This document shows, piece after piece, positions 6,889 through 16,614 of a stretch of 32,000 bases of DNA; the first letter of the stretch is position 1; the number at the start of each line of letters is the position of its first letter. The position numbers and the translations under genes are program-made. Origin of the DNA: DHVE2 group archaeon (GTDB lineage: Archaea > Thermoplasmatota > Thermoplasmata > Thermoplasmatales > Aciduliprofundaceae); contig JALWRZ010000010.1 of the NCBI GenBank assembly GCA_026993785.1, positions 181,199-213,198 on the forward strand. Direction: 5' to 3'. A model generated the notes under the pieces. The model was not told the DNA's origin, ran no database searches, and saw only the letters and a list, made by a program, of their open reading frames with translations.

Positions 6889-7447
6889 CGGTAATATGGC
6901 CCAGCACCGCGAAGAAGATGAGAACCCAGGAGGAGATAGAGAAATAATAACCCCACCAGAAATACTGCACTAAAGGAAGGAAGATTAAAATCACGAGTCT
7001 ATCTGCCCTCCCGAGAATTCCGCCGTAGATTCTTCGCAACCCCACAGCCTGCGCCTGGGTGCCAACATAGCTTGTGAGATACACGCCTGTTAGTGCGAAA
7101 AGACCTATCAACGGAGAGGAATAGGCGCTTAGAGAAATTCCCAAAATGAGAGCGGTATCAGCATATCTATCCACCAGATGATCCAGAAAATCGCCTTTTC
7201 TGCTTGCAATCTTTCTCATTCGTGCCACCTTACCATCCAGCGCATCCAGGAGAGCAGAGAGCAGGGTGAAAAGAAATGCAAGGAAAAGATAGAACGCGTG
7301 GCTCCTGGTCATATAATAGCTCACACCTGCAAGGAACGCGAGGAGGAGAGAGAGAAGCGTGAGGGTGTTGGGATGAAGCCTTATAAATGGCCTTGCCATC
7401 GCACTTAAGAGCGAATCAACCTTTCCGCGATATCTGTTTAGTACCAT
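6845..7447 (-). CDS. CDP-alcohol phosphatidyltransferase (probably archaetidylinositol-phosphate synthase-like)
   Basis: It carries the D-G-x2-A-R-x8-G-x3-D-x3-D motif (DALDGKVARMRKIASRKGDFLDHLVDRYAD). It is a polytopic 200-aa protein. Confidence 0.8.
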   Translation of the reverse strand: MVLNRYRGKVDSLLSAMARPFIRLHPNTLTLLSLLLAFLAGVSYYMTRSHAFYLFLAFLFTLLSALLDALDGKVARMRKIASRKGDFLDHLVDRYADTALILGISLSAYSSPLIGLFALTGVYLTSYVGTQAQAVGLRRIYGGILGRADRLVILIFLPLVQYFWWGYYFSISSWVLIFFAVLGHITAIQRIVSAWRAIPS

Positions 7448-7956
7448 TTCAATATCTCCTCCGAATAATTTATCCCGGGTGCGAACTTTCTATCCCTTTC
7501 TTCAATTATTCTCTTTACATCCTTAGCCACGTCCATTTCATCTCTTCCGGTTGTATCTACTTCGAATACTTTATTCTTTCCGTGGCGTATTATGGCCTCG
7601 GATGTTATAAGGCTCATTGCTTCCGCTTCCACATTCTCTTTTATCTTCTCTTTCCTGTAACCTCTTTTCTCCAATCTCCTTTCAAGCTCCTGAGGATGGC
7701 ATCTCAGCACAATAACCATATCCACAGGCATCTCGTGGGAGTAATGGCCCTCGATGATTATTTTCTCCTCACCTTTAAGTTTCTGCACCTCTTTTTTGAG
7801 AAGCTCTATGTCCACAACATAGCTCTCCCGTTCATCATCCCAGTATAGACGGGCATCCTCATATGCCTTGAGATATACCACAGTGTAATCCTTCTCCAGT
7901 ATTTTTGCTATGGAGGTTTTGCCCGTGCCTGGCGTTCCTGTAAGGGCTATGAGCAT
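7438..7956 (-). CDS. Fap7/AK6-type putative adenylate kinase (nucleoside-triphosphatase)
   Basis: The P-loop is at the extreme N-terminus (MLIALTGTPGTGKTSIAKIL). Its size, about 170 aa, is typical of archaeal Fap7. Confidence 0.75.
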   Translation of the reverse strand: MLIALTGTPGTGKTSIAKILEKDYTVVYLKAYEDARLYWDDERESYVVDIELLKKEVQKLKGEEKIIIEGHYSHEMPVDMVIVLRCHPQELERRLEKRGYRKEKIKENVEAEAMSLITSEAIIRHGKNKVFEVDTTGRDEMDVAKDVKRIIEERDRKFAPGINYSEEILKWY

Positions 7957-7992
7957 GCTTAAAGAATGGAGCGAAAGTTATTAAAATCTGCG

Positions 7993-9774
7993 CTAAGATA
8001 TGAGCTCTTCCAGTTTCTTCTTGAGCTTTTCACTTACTATTTTTCCATCCACTCTTCCTCGCAACTCCTTCATAACTAAACCCATGAGTGGTTTGAATGC
8101 ATGCATACCACGTTCTTCAATAAGCTCTCTTTTTTCCTCGATTATCTTTTCGATGAGCTTGTCCACATCCACCGTTTTCTGGAATTGCAATACAACACTT
8201 TCTAGCTCTTCTCCGTTGCACACCCTAGCGATTATCTCATCTATTGCCTCCTTGGAGAATTTTCCCTGGGAGAAGAGATGGAAGATGCGATGATAATCTA
8301 TGCCCTCGCACCCATTAATTAGCGCCCTGGCTACAAGAGTCGGGTATCCATACTTCTTCACCAGTTCTTCAAACAAATCATCGTTTCCTTCCCTTATCAG
8401 TTGCCAGCCCAGCTCCCGATTTATGCCCAGGGACACAAGCTTCTCAAGCCTCTCTTCCGGCATAGGGGGTAGCTCTTTTTTCAAGCGCTCCACATACTCT
8501 TCCTCTATTTTTATAGGCGGAATATCCGTCTCGGGATACATCCTCGCCTCGCCCGGTAGGGGACGTAAATACGTGGTAGTACCATCATCCTTGGGTGCCC
8601 TGGTCTCATCTGGCACACCCAGCAGGGCTTTTTTTGCCCTTTCAATAACCTTTTGAAGCGCAATTCTTGCACGTTCCTCCTTCTCTGCTATCAGAACAAA
8701 GGAATCATCTTTGCTAAGATGCATAAGTTCCTTTACTCGCTCTACTTCATCCTGAGAGATTCCATAGGCTGGAAGCTCATCGCCATGAAATAGACCCTTA
8801 ACACCCAGCACACGCACATTCTCGGCAAGCTCTCTCCCAAGTCTGTATTTTCCTTGTTTAAGCACACCTTTGAATCCTACAAGCTTGAGTCCAAGAACCT
8901 TTCCACCTTTTCTGAGGACATTCTTTATTATTTTAGAATTTGTCTCCCGGAATATATCTGTAAGCTCATAGATCCTCTCATCTACCTTGGCATCCCGCTT
9001 TTTCAATATCTCTGCTATTTCCTTTAGCATCTCCTGTCTCTCTATCTCGTTGTTAACCCACCTGGGAATCATATTAAGCCTTGACGCTCCCTTTATCTCT
9101 ACCCTTCCCTGACCTGTGGAGATGTTTATATCCTGTCTTATGGTTCCCACCCCACGTCTCACTCTTTTCGTGGCTCTCAAAATATAGCCAATTCTTTCGG
9201 CGACTTCTTTAACCTCTTCCCCGCTCTTCATATCCGGAGAGGTTGAAATCTCTATGAGTGGTATGCCCAAACGGTCAAGGCGGTAAACGACCGCGCCTTC
9301 CTTCTCCTCTATCTTTCTCGCAGCCTCTTCCTCCAGGCAGATGGTGGGAATCCTCACCCTTCCAAAGGAGGTATCCAAATATCCATCCACCGCTATCAGC
9401 GTGGTTCTCTGAAATCCAGAAGTGTTAGATCCATCTATCACTATCTTTCTCATCACATGAATCTCATCTACTATCTTGGCATGGAGCATTAGAGCAACTT
9501 TTAAAGCGATTTCCAGGGCATTCCTGTTGAGCTGATGGGGCGGCTCCTCATCTGCCTCTACCAGACAGGAGTTGGGAGTAACCTGATAGACGAATCTCCT
9601 CTTTTTCATGCTCTCCTCCAGAGCTGCCTTATCTATCTCTCCCAGCTCGCTCTGGGTGGGCCTCAAAACTCGTTCAAAGGTGTAAAGCACCTCATCGCTG
9701 AGCTCTGAATCGCAGTCACAGAAAAGCTTCTTGGTGTTCAGCTGCTGATGGATTTCCAGACCGCATTTCACCAT
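7993..9774 (-). CDS. gatE: Glutamyl-tRNA(Gln) amidotransferase subunit E
   Basis: The N-terminus is KCGLEIHQQLNTKKLFC and the length is about 590 aa. It overlaps the 3' end of gatD. Confidence 0.9.
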   Translation of the reverse strand: MVKCGLEIHQQLNTKKLFCDCDSELSDEVLYTFERVLRPTQSELGEIDKAALEESMKKRRFVYQVTPNSCLVEADEEPPHQLNRNALEIALKVALMLHAKIVDEIHVMRKIVIDGSNTSGFQRTTLIAVDGYLDTSFGRVRIPTICLEEEAARKIEEKEGAVVYRLDRLGIPLIEISTSPDMKSGEEVKEVAERIGYILRATKRVRRGVGTIRQDINISTGQGRVEIKGASRLNMIPRWVNNEIERQEMLKEIAEILKKRDAKVDERIYELTDIFRETNSKIIKNVLRKGGKVLGLKLVGFKGVLKQGKYRLGRELAENVRVLGVKGLFHGDELPAYGISQDEVERVKELMHLSKDDSFVLIAEKEERARIALQKVIERAKKALLGVPDETRAPKDDGTTTYLRPLPGEARMYPETDIPPIKIEEEYVERLKKELPPMPEERLEKLVSLGINRELGWQLIREGNDDLFEELVKKYGYPTLVARALINGCEGIDYHRIFHLFSQGKFSKEAIDEIIARVCNGEELESVVLQFQKTVDVDKLIEKIIEEKRELIEERGMHAFKPLMGLVMKELRGRVDGKIVSEKLKKKLEELIS

Positions 9775-11006
9775 GTTATCATCCTCCTAGGGGATATTTC
9801 GCCCCGTAGATCTTTTGCCAGAAGTTTTTCCGCGCCTTCTCTCTCGTAGTTACCCAGGAGCCACATTAGCTTGATGTACGCAGTCTCTGGAAGCATGTCT
9901 TCTAGGGGCACAATTCCTATCTTCCTTAGCTTTCTGCCCGTAGAGTATACGTTGAGATTAACCCTCCCATATAGACACTGGGAACTCATGCCTACGATGC
10001 CTCCATCCCTAATGAACTCCTTCAGCACAGGAATGACATGGTTGCCCACATGACCTAATCCGGTGCCCATAATTATGGCGCCATGCATTCCCTCAAGCAT
10101 TTTCTCTAGCATTTCCTCCCTTAGGCCAGGGTAGTAGTAAATAAGAGCGACTTTCTCGTCCATTTTATCTTGAAGAATGGTCTCTTCACTCTTCCTCTTG
10201 TAATCTTGATAAAACACAACATCGTCGCCTTTCACCATACCAAGTGGTTGAGAGTTAACGCTCTTAAAAGCGTCTCTCCGGGAAGTGTGCATCTTTCTGA
10301 CCCTTGTTCCACGATGAATCACACAATGATCGTCACTTGTAGTTCCATGCATCACCACGGTCACCTCTCCCATATCACTTTTTGCTACCTTCACCGCGGA
10401 GATTAAGTTCATATAGGCATCGCTGCTGGGCCTGTCGGAGCTTCTCTGGGCACCAACAAACACCACAGGCCCGGATAGGGATGGGAACATGAAGGAAAGA
10501 GCTGCCGAGGAGTAGCCCATGGTATCTGTGCCATGCGGAATTACCACACCCTCTGATTTCTTCAGTTCCTCCTTCACCTTTCTTGCAAGTTTTACCCAGT
10601 ATTCCGGTTTCATATCCTCGCTCAGGATGTTGAATAGGATGCTGGCCCTTATGTTGGCCTCATCCTCAATTTCAGGGACAGAAAACACAAGATCCTCAGC
10701 GGTTAGCGCGGGATGCACAGCTCCTGTTTTGTAATCCACATAGCTGGCAATGGTGCCTCCTGTGCCTATGACTGAAATCCATGGAAGTCCATCCTTTTTC
10801 CTGCTCGCTTTTCTCTCTCTCTTTTTCCTCTCCCCACCTTTTCTTATTAGCTTGATTTCTTGAGGTACAAGTCCTATATTATATCCATTATCCAATTTAA
10901 GAATCACGATTTTTTCGTCACTAAACTCATGCCTGGGCATGAGAATGCCCCGGAATATACCCTTCTCACTTTTTACTTCCACATAATCCCCTGGCTCGAT
11001 TTCCAT
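9768..11006 (-). CDS. gatD: Glutamyl-tRNA(Gln) amidotransferase subunit D (asparaginase-like)
   Basis: It has asparaginase-type motifs (GTGGTIAS, HGTDTM) and lies directly upstream of gatE. Confidence 0.9.
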   Translation of the reverse strand: MEIEPGDYVEVKSEKGIFRGILMPRHEFSDEKIVILKLDNGYNIGLVPQEIKLIRKGGERKKRERKASRKKDGLPWISVIGTGGTIASYVDYKTGAVHPALTAEDLVFSVPEIEDEANIRASILFNILSEDMKPEYWVKLARKVKEELKKSEGVVIPHGTDTMGYSSAALSFMFPSLSGPVVFVGAQRSSDRPSSDAYMNLISAVKVAKSDMGEVTVVMHGTTSDDHCVIHRGTRVRKMHTSRRDAFKSVNSQPLGMVKGDDVVFYQDYKRKSEETILQDKMDEKVALIYYYPGLREEMLEKMLEGMHGAIIMGTGLGHVGNHVIPVLKEFIRDGGIVGMSSQCLYGRVNLNVYSTGRKLRKIGIVPLEDMLPETAYIKLMWLLGNYEREGAEKLLAKDLRGEISPRRMITW

Positions 11007-11020
11007 GGATGGGGAAATGA

Positions 11021-11251
11021 TTATCCCCTTATAAATATACTTGCAGATGAAAGCAAGAATAGCAAAGATATAAAAAGAGCGATTATAGCAATGCCTAACA
11101 ACTTCTTTCCTTGAGGAAAATCTATTTTCCAGAGAAAGAGGCAGATGACAAGAAGTAAGAGGCTTAAGATTGTGGAAAGATAAGAATTCAAGAAGTTCAG
11201 AAGAATTAAGAAAATTCCGATGGCGGCGAATAGAAGCGCGATTCTGTTCAT
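11021..11251 (-). CDS. Small hydrophobic protein (76 aa, 2-3 TM helices), hypothetical
   Basis: It fills the gap between lrp (stop 11253) and gatD on the same strand. It is strongly hydrophobic. I recognise no family. Confidence 0.45.
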   Translation of the reverse strand: MNRIALLFAAIGIFLILLNFLNSYLSTILSLLLLVICLFLWKIDFPQGKKLLGIAIIALFISLLFLLSSASIFIRG

Positions 11252-11252
11252 T

Positions 11253-11690
11253 TTAACCCTTTAATTTCTGAAGCACCACAGAAGATTTGATTCTTTTCAC
11301 ACCCTCTATTTTTCCTATTTTCTCAGATAGGATATGGGCGAGGGATTCCCCATCTTCTGCCCATATCTCTGCAACTATCATGCTTTCTCCACTTGTAATA
11401 TCAAGGCATCGAACCTCATCCATCTCTCGCAACTTCTGGGCAATTTTGTAAAATCTTTCGGATTCCGTATCTATACCCACTATGGCAACGCATTTATAAC
11501 CTATGAAATGGGGATCCACAGAGATAGTATAGCCTCTTATCACACCCTTATTTTCCAGATTCTTTATTCTTTTTCGAACCGCCGTGTCACTTATTCCCAG
11601 AACCTTCGCCATCTCAGAGTAAGGGGTTCGAGAATCTTTAAGCAGCATTTCCAGTATTTTTTTATCTTTCTCGTCTATCATTTTCATCAC
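11253..11690 (-). CDS. Lrp/AsnC-family transcriptional regulator
   Basis: It has an N-terminal HTH (DKKILEMLLKDSRTPYSEMAKVLGISDTAVRKRIKNLENKGVI) and a C-terminal RAM/ACT-like domain. Confidence 0.85.
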   Translation of the reverse strand: MMKMIDEKDKKILEMLLKDSRTPYSEMAKVLGISDTAVRKRIKNLENKGVIRGYTISVDPHFIGYKCVAIVGIDTESERFYKIAQKLREMDEVRCLDITSGESMIVAEIWAEDGESLAHILSEKIGKIEGVKRIKSSVVLQKLKG

Positions 11691-11930
11691 CGGTTCTTAT
11701 ATCGAACCACATGGGTATATTCCAAACCTATATTTAGAGGTTTCATTCTTCTGCACTTTGGATATGGAAAATAAGATGAGTAGAATATCATGATTTTTAT
11801 GCTCTAGAGCTTAGCAGTCGCCAAGCTTCATAATATTTCCAATCATGGAGTTAGGAAGTTATTCAAAAAATGTAGAAGAAGGACTATATAGCGCCGTTGC
11901 CTATTTCTCTGCGTAGGGTGGTGGTAAACC

Positions 11931-14900
11931 ATGGTTTTGAGTAAAAATAGTAGAAGGAGCTGGGTGGCTATCCTTATTCTGGTAGTGGTAGTCCTCAATA
12001 GCGTTTCGGTAATGCTGCCCGCTGCCAGCGCAAATGGAGCGAGGAATTTAAAAAATGCAGAGAACCAAGATACATTGATTGTAGCAATTCGGCAGGATAT
12101 AGAGAGCCTGAATATGTTCGATCCTGGAACTTATTTGGCGGTGAAGACAGGAGCTCTGGCATGGTGCTACGATACCCTGATGGGCTATACCCCGGATTTG
12201 CAGATTTACCTAAATATGGCGGAAAGCTACACCATAGATACTCCTGATAATCTAAATGTTACAGTGCATCTCAGGCATGGCATAAAATTCCATGATGGGG
12301 TGGAGATGACGGCCGATGATGTGGTTTTCACCTATGATGTTCTCGCTTACAATGTTCTATATTCCAACAATCTGAATAGCCTGGTATGGCCCGATGCGCG
12401 CTGGAAGCTTTACGATGGTGTTGGTAGCTCCCATGTGGGTGTGGAGAAGATAGATGATTACACAGTTGCTTTTCATCTGTACCAGCCGTATCCCCTTTTC
12501 TTCCAGGTAGTGCTTAACATGCCCATTATACCCATGCACATCTGGAAGAGCCACGTTAAGCCCGCGGGAACAGGGGATAGCGATGATGTAATCCTTGATT
12601 ACAGCTTTGGAAGCAATCCTTCACAGGCTGCGGCTACTACAGGCACCGGTCCATTCAAGTTTGTTGAGTGGAAATATGGCGCATATGTGATATTCGAGAG
12701 AAACGAGAATTACTGGGGAAAGGATTTCACAATTCACTGGAAAGATAAGAACTGGCCCATTTATCCGCAAGGTGTGAAAAGATTAGTATTCAGAGTTTAT
12801 AACTCCGCGGATACGGCTGTGCTCGCCCTCCAGAAGGGTGAGGTTCACTTCACAGATATTCCTGTGGGTTATTATAAATCTCTGAAGTTGAATCCCAAGG
12901 TGGGAATAGAGATCATAAATGGAGATAACTTCTATTTTATGCCCTTCAATATGAGAAGGGCTCCAATGGATGACCTATCATTCAGGATAGCCGTGGCCCA
13001 TTCAATAGACCGTGACTATATAGTAACTACCTTGGCCCACGGATTCGCCACCAAGGGTACGGTGCCTATAGCCATGACCTCGGATGCATACATAAATACT
13101 TCTGCAAAACCCCCTGAATTTGATTTGAATGCTGCAAAAGAAGTGCTGGATGAGGCGGGCTATAAGGATGTTAACGGTGATGGCTGGAGAGAGGCACCTG
13201 GAGGCGCAGTTCTGAAACTCTCCGTCTACTCGCCCACAAAGGATTATGAGCCCATAATGGCGGATATAGGAATAGTGATCGCCAACAATCTTCGTAAAGT
13301 AGGACTGAATGTAATCAACACACCTATGGATTTTGGAACCTTAGTATCCAAGATGATAATCCAGGTTGATTATGATATGCTTGTAATGGGCTATACCACA
13401 GGTTCTCCATTCCCCGAGACGTACCTCAAAATGTTCTTCTATAGCAAGTACGCATCACCGGTGGGCAACAACATGGCGGGCTACAGCAATCCCAAGGTAG
13501 ATGAGCTTTTAGATGAGATAGACCATGAGATGGATACCCAGAAGAGAATCAAGATGATAAAGGATGTGCAGGGCATACTTATCCACGATTTACCCTGGGT
13601 AACGCTCTGCTATCGCAAGTTCCTCGTGGGTTATAGAAAGGATGTATGGGTTGGCTGGGTTCAGGCCTATGCTGGGTTACTCAACATATTCACCATGGGA
13701 CAGCTTCATCATCCGGGAAAGGAGCATCACGAACTTCCATCGGGAGTAAGTGAGATCACCGAGCAGTATAATGGGGCGATTCTTCATGCCTATGTGCCTA
13801 AGGTAGCCTATGCAGGCTCCTCCATAAAGGGTTTTGCCTATGTCACCGATGTCAATGGTGTTCCCATTCCCAATGTAAATGTTCAGATTTACACCAGCAC
13901 AGGATATACCTACAATGGAACCACAGGGAATTCAGGAGGTTTCTCCTTCTCCATACCTCTGCCATTCCAGAAATATGATGCACCGGTGATTGTTAACTAC
14001 TCAATGTCTGTGAAGATAGGAAATGAGGTGTATAACTACACCGGCGGAGATCAAGTCAGGGTTTATCTTCCCAAAAATGTGGTAAAGATATCCATGAGTA
14101 TGAACAAGGATATACTATCTCCGGGAGAGAGCGCCGATATAGCTGTTAAGGTTACCAATACTCTGGGAGAACCGCTGGGCGGGGTAAATGTTACTGTGCT
14201 GACCCAGGAAACTGCAGGAAGCATTACACCCTATGCCATCACGAATAGTAACGGGATGGCCACGCTACATTATACTGCACCCAAGACCCTTACAAATATG
14301 AATATGATGGATATGGTGGATGTGCAGATAAGCGTTAATCATACGATTCTCACGGAGCTACAGAGAGCCACGTTCCTTATCCCGGTAGAGAGCAGTGGCA
14401 GCTCATGGTATAAGGTAACCATAGAATCCGTGGGAAGCTATGCCCTGGAAGCGGGAGAGAGCACGGAAATTAAGGCAAAGCTATTAGATGCTCTTGGAAA
14501 TCCAGTGGCTAATCATGAGGTGTATATCGAGGCTATATACTCCAACGCCAGTGATCCGCAATGGTCAAGTGAGGTCGCGAATATAGATACCACCAATGTT
14601 AAATTCGATGCGGAGCATAAGAGCACCGATAGTAATGGAGAGGTTCAATTTACTATGAGTGCAGTGAATAATATAAACAGGCCCTACATAGTGAGGGTAT
14701 ATACCAAGGACACCTATTCCATATTTGATAGTGTGGAGATATATGTGGGCAACGCGACAGGCTTCGATCCCTACATTGGGCCTTGGGTCGAAAATTACGG
14801 TATGGACATATCCATTGCTTCGGATATTACAGATGGGAACAAAAAGGTCACGGTGACTGTCAGGGTTTATCACACCGATGGAACCCCGGCTGCCAACGTG

Positions 14901-16133
14901 ACTGGCTTCTTAGGCCTCTTTGCAACAGATTACGGGGCTGGAGCTGCGTGGCCCGATGATCCTAACAGGATATATAACCCCTTCTTGGGAGATTACTATG
15001 CATTCGTGACCGACAGTGAAGGCAAGGCTGTAGTGCCTGCTTACACAAATCTCCTCATAGCTGACCAACCGGTTTATGTGGATGCCTGGGTAGACCCAGG
15101 AATAGGTGGAGGGCTATGGCTAGGAGCTAGGTTCCAGTATCCATATCTCTTCGGCGTTAAGGAGGGTTTCCTGCTGACGAGGGCACCTATGATGGCGCTC
15201 AAGGAGATAAAGGTATCAGAGCTTTATCTCAGTGAGGATACAACCGCCACAAATGTAACCGTGCAGGTTGTGGATAAAAACGGACCTCTGGGCAATGCCA
15301 CACTTAATGTACAGTGGAAATTAGGTCCATATTCCCAGAGCGCATCGGTTACCACCGACGCTGATGGACGGGCAACTTTTGTGGTAGAGATACCACCCCA
15401 GTCTCTCGATGGCGTTGTTGCTCTCAAAATCTATATACATTCCAACGATCATACAGTAGGTGATAACAGCTACGAGCTTGGAATACCCTATCTATCTGGA
15501 GCTTCTGAGATGGAGCATCTCGTGGTACTGAAGGATATGAGCATAGCACAAAATCCAGTGAAAGGTGGCGAAAGCACCACCGTAACTCTACAATTCGCAG
15601 GTGGACTTATGGGTAATGCAGCGGCAGGGAAGAAAGTTTCTCTATATGTGAATGGTGGCACATTAAGTGTATCTGAGGCAACAACGGATGCTCAGGGCAA
15701 GGTAATCTTCACCTATACATCCCCGAGTCCTCTGCTCAATAGAATATATGTTGTAGAGGCGAAGACACCATATGGAGAGGAGTTTAGATTTGGTATCGCA
15801 GTACTTGGCGAATACGCCAATGTGGGTGAGCTAAGAGAGAAGCTCAGCAAGATTCCACAGATCTCACACAAGCTCAACAGCCTGCAGGGCAACTACAGCT
15901 CTTTAGAGAGCGATTACAGAGAGCTCCAGAAGGAGAAGGATTCAGCAACAACTATGGAATACTTGTTCCTAGCCCTTTTCGTGGTATTCCTTATCCTTGC
16001 ACCTGTGATGTATGTGCTTGGCAAGAGAGGAGCAACACCAACGGTTGAAGAAGAGAGTTTAGAAGAAGAGGTAGAAGAAGTCGAGGAAGCAGAAGAAATA
16101 GAGGAGAGCGAGGAAGGTAAAGGTGAGAAATAA
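11931..16133 (+). CDS. Giant surface protein: signal/anchor, family-5 (OppA/DppA-like) peptide-binding domain, multiple Ig-like (Big_1-type) repeats, coiled coil, C-terminal TM helix, acidic tail
   Basis: Residues ~45-590 look like an ABC family-5 SBP (TLIVAIRQDIESLN..., FHDGVEMTADDVVFTY, NENYWG). Residues ~620-1290 hold at least 5 repeats of the pattern GES..I.V.V.D..G.P..GV.V......G......TTD..G.A.F.Y. Then follow heptad-like LREKLSKIPQISHKLNSLQGNYSSLESDYRELQKEK, the TM helix YLFLALFVVFLILAPVMYVLG, and an E-rich tail. Confidence 0.8.
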   Translation: MVLSKNSRRSWVAILILVVVVLNSVSVMLPAASANGARNLKNAENQDTLIVAIRQDIESLNMFDPGTYLAVKTGALAWCYDTLMGYTPDLQIYLNMAESYTIDTPDNLNVTVHLRHGIKFHDGVEMTADDVVFTYDVLAYNVLYSNNLNSLVWPDARWKLYDGVGSSHVGVEKIDDYTVAFHLYQPYPLFFQVVLNMPIIPMHIWKSHVKPAGTGDSDDVILDYSFGSNPSQAAATTGTGPFKFVEWKYGAYVIFERNENYWGKDFTIHWKDKNWPIYPQGVKRLVFRVYNSADTAVLALQKGEVHFTDIPVGYYKSLKLNPKVGIEIINGDNFYFMPFNMRRAPMDDLSFRIAVAHSIDRDYIVTTLAHGFATKGTVPIAMTSDAYINTSAKPPEFDLNAAKEVLDEAGYKDVNGDGWREAPGGAVLKLSVYSPTKDYEPIMADIGIVIANNLRKVGLNVINTPMDFGTLVSKMIIQVDYDMLVMGYTTGSPFPETYLKMFFYSKYASPVGNNMAGYSNPKVDELLDEIDHEMDTQKRIKMIKDVQGILIHDLPWVTLCYRKFLVGYRKDVWVGWVQAYAGLLNIFTMGQLHHPGKEHHELPSGVSEITEQYNGAILHAYVPKVAYAGSSIKGFAYVTDVNGVPIPNVNVQIYTSTGYTYNGTTGNSGGFSFSIPLPFQKYDAPVIVNYSMSVKIGNEVYNYTGGDQVRVYLPKNVVKISMSMNKDILSPGESADIAVKVTNTLGEPLGGVNVTVLTQETAGSITPYAITNSNGMATLHYTAPKTLTNMNMMDMVDVQISVNHTILTELQRATFLIPVESSGSSWYKVTIESVGSYALEAGESTEIKAKLLDALGNPVANHEVYIEAIYSNASDPQWSSEVANIDTTNVKFDAEHKSTDSNGEVQFTMSAVNNINRPYIVRVYTKDTYSIFDSVEIYVGNATGFDPYIGPWVENYGMDISIASDITDGNKKVTVTVRVYHTDGTPAANVTGFLGLFATDYGAGAAWPDDPNRIYNPFLGDYYAFVTDSEGKAVVPAYTNLLIADQPVYVDAWVDPGIGGGLWLGARFQYPYLFGVKEGFLLTRAPMMALKEIKVSELYLSEDTTATNVTVQVVDKNGPLGNATLNVQWKLGPYSQSASVTTDADGRATFVVEIPPQSLDGVVALKIYIHSNDHTVGDNSYELGIPYLSGASEMEHLVVLKDMSIAQNPVKGGESTTVTLQFAGGLMGNAAAGKKVSLYVNGGTLSVSEATTDAQGKVIFTYTSPSPLLNRIYVVEAKTPYGEEFRFGIAVLGEYANVGELREKLSKIPQISHKLNSLQGNYSSLESDYRELQKEKDSATTMEYLFLALFVVFLILAPVMYVLGKRGATPTVEEESLEEEVEEVEEAEEIEESEEGKGEK

Positions 16134-16135
16134 AC

Positions 16136-16157
16136 TTTTCTCTCCTTATTTTTATTT
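16136..16157 (+). terminator. Oligo-T-rich putative archaeal terminator after the giant surface-protein gene
   Basis: The run ttttctctccttatttttattt follows the TAA stop directly. Confidence 0.35.
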
Positions 16158-16305
16158 GATTGCAGAGAATAGAGATTTTCCCTGAGCTCTTTGCATTTCT
16201 TTATCTCCTCGCATCCTTTTTTGAAATAATTTTCCTGCTCTGCGGGAATAAATTAAAGCGATAAATTAATATATAGCCGATATAATAATCTCCTGGTGAT
16301 TTCGG

Positions 16306-16614
16306 GTGACTGAAGAGGTAACCAGAGTTCCATTGCCGGATGCGAATAAAGGCGAGATGTTTGCCATAGTGGACAAAATATTGGGCGCGTCCAGGATGAT
16401 GGTGATGTGCGCGGATGGTAAATCCAGGATGGCGAGAATACCGGGTAAGATAAAGAGAAGGATGTGGATAAAGGAAGGGGATCTTGTAATTATCAGACCT
16501 TGGGAATTCCAGGATGACAAGGCCGATGTGGTCTATCGTTATACCAGAACTCAGGCAAATTATCTTAGCAGAAATAACAAGCTGCCTGAGATTTTGGATG
16601 TGTTCGGGAAATGA
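16306..16614 (+). CDS. eif1a: Translation initiation factor aIF-1A
   Basis: It has the S1/OB eIF1A signature (GEMFAIVDKILGASRMMVMCADGKSRMARIPGKIKRRMWIKEGDLVII). The GTG start is preceded by GGTGAT 5 nt upstream. Confidence 0.9.
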   Translation: MTEEVTRVPLPDANKGEMFAIVDKILGASRMMVMCADGKSRMARIPGKIKRRMWIKEGDLVIIRPWEFQDDKADVVYRYTRTQANYLSRNNKLPEILDVFGK

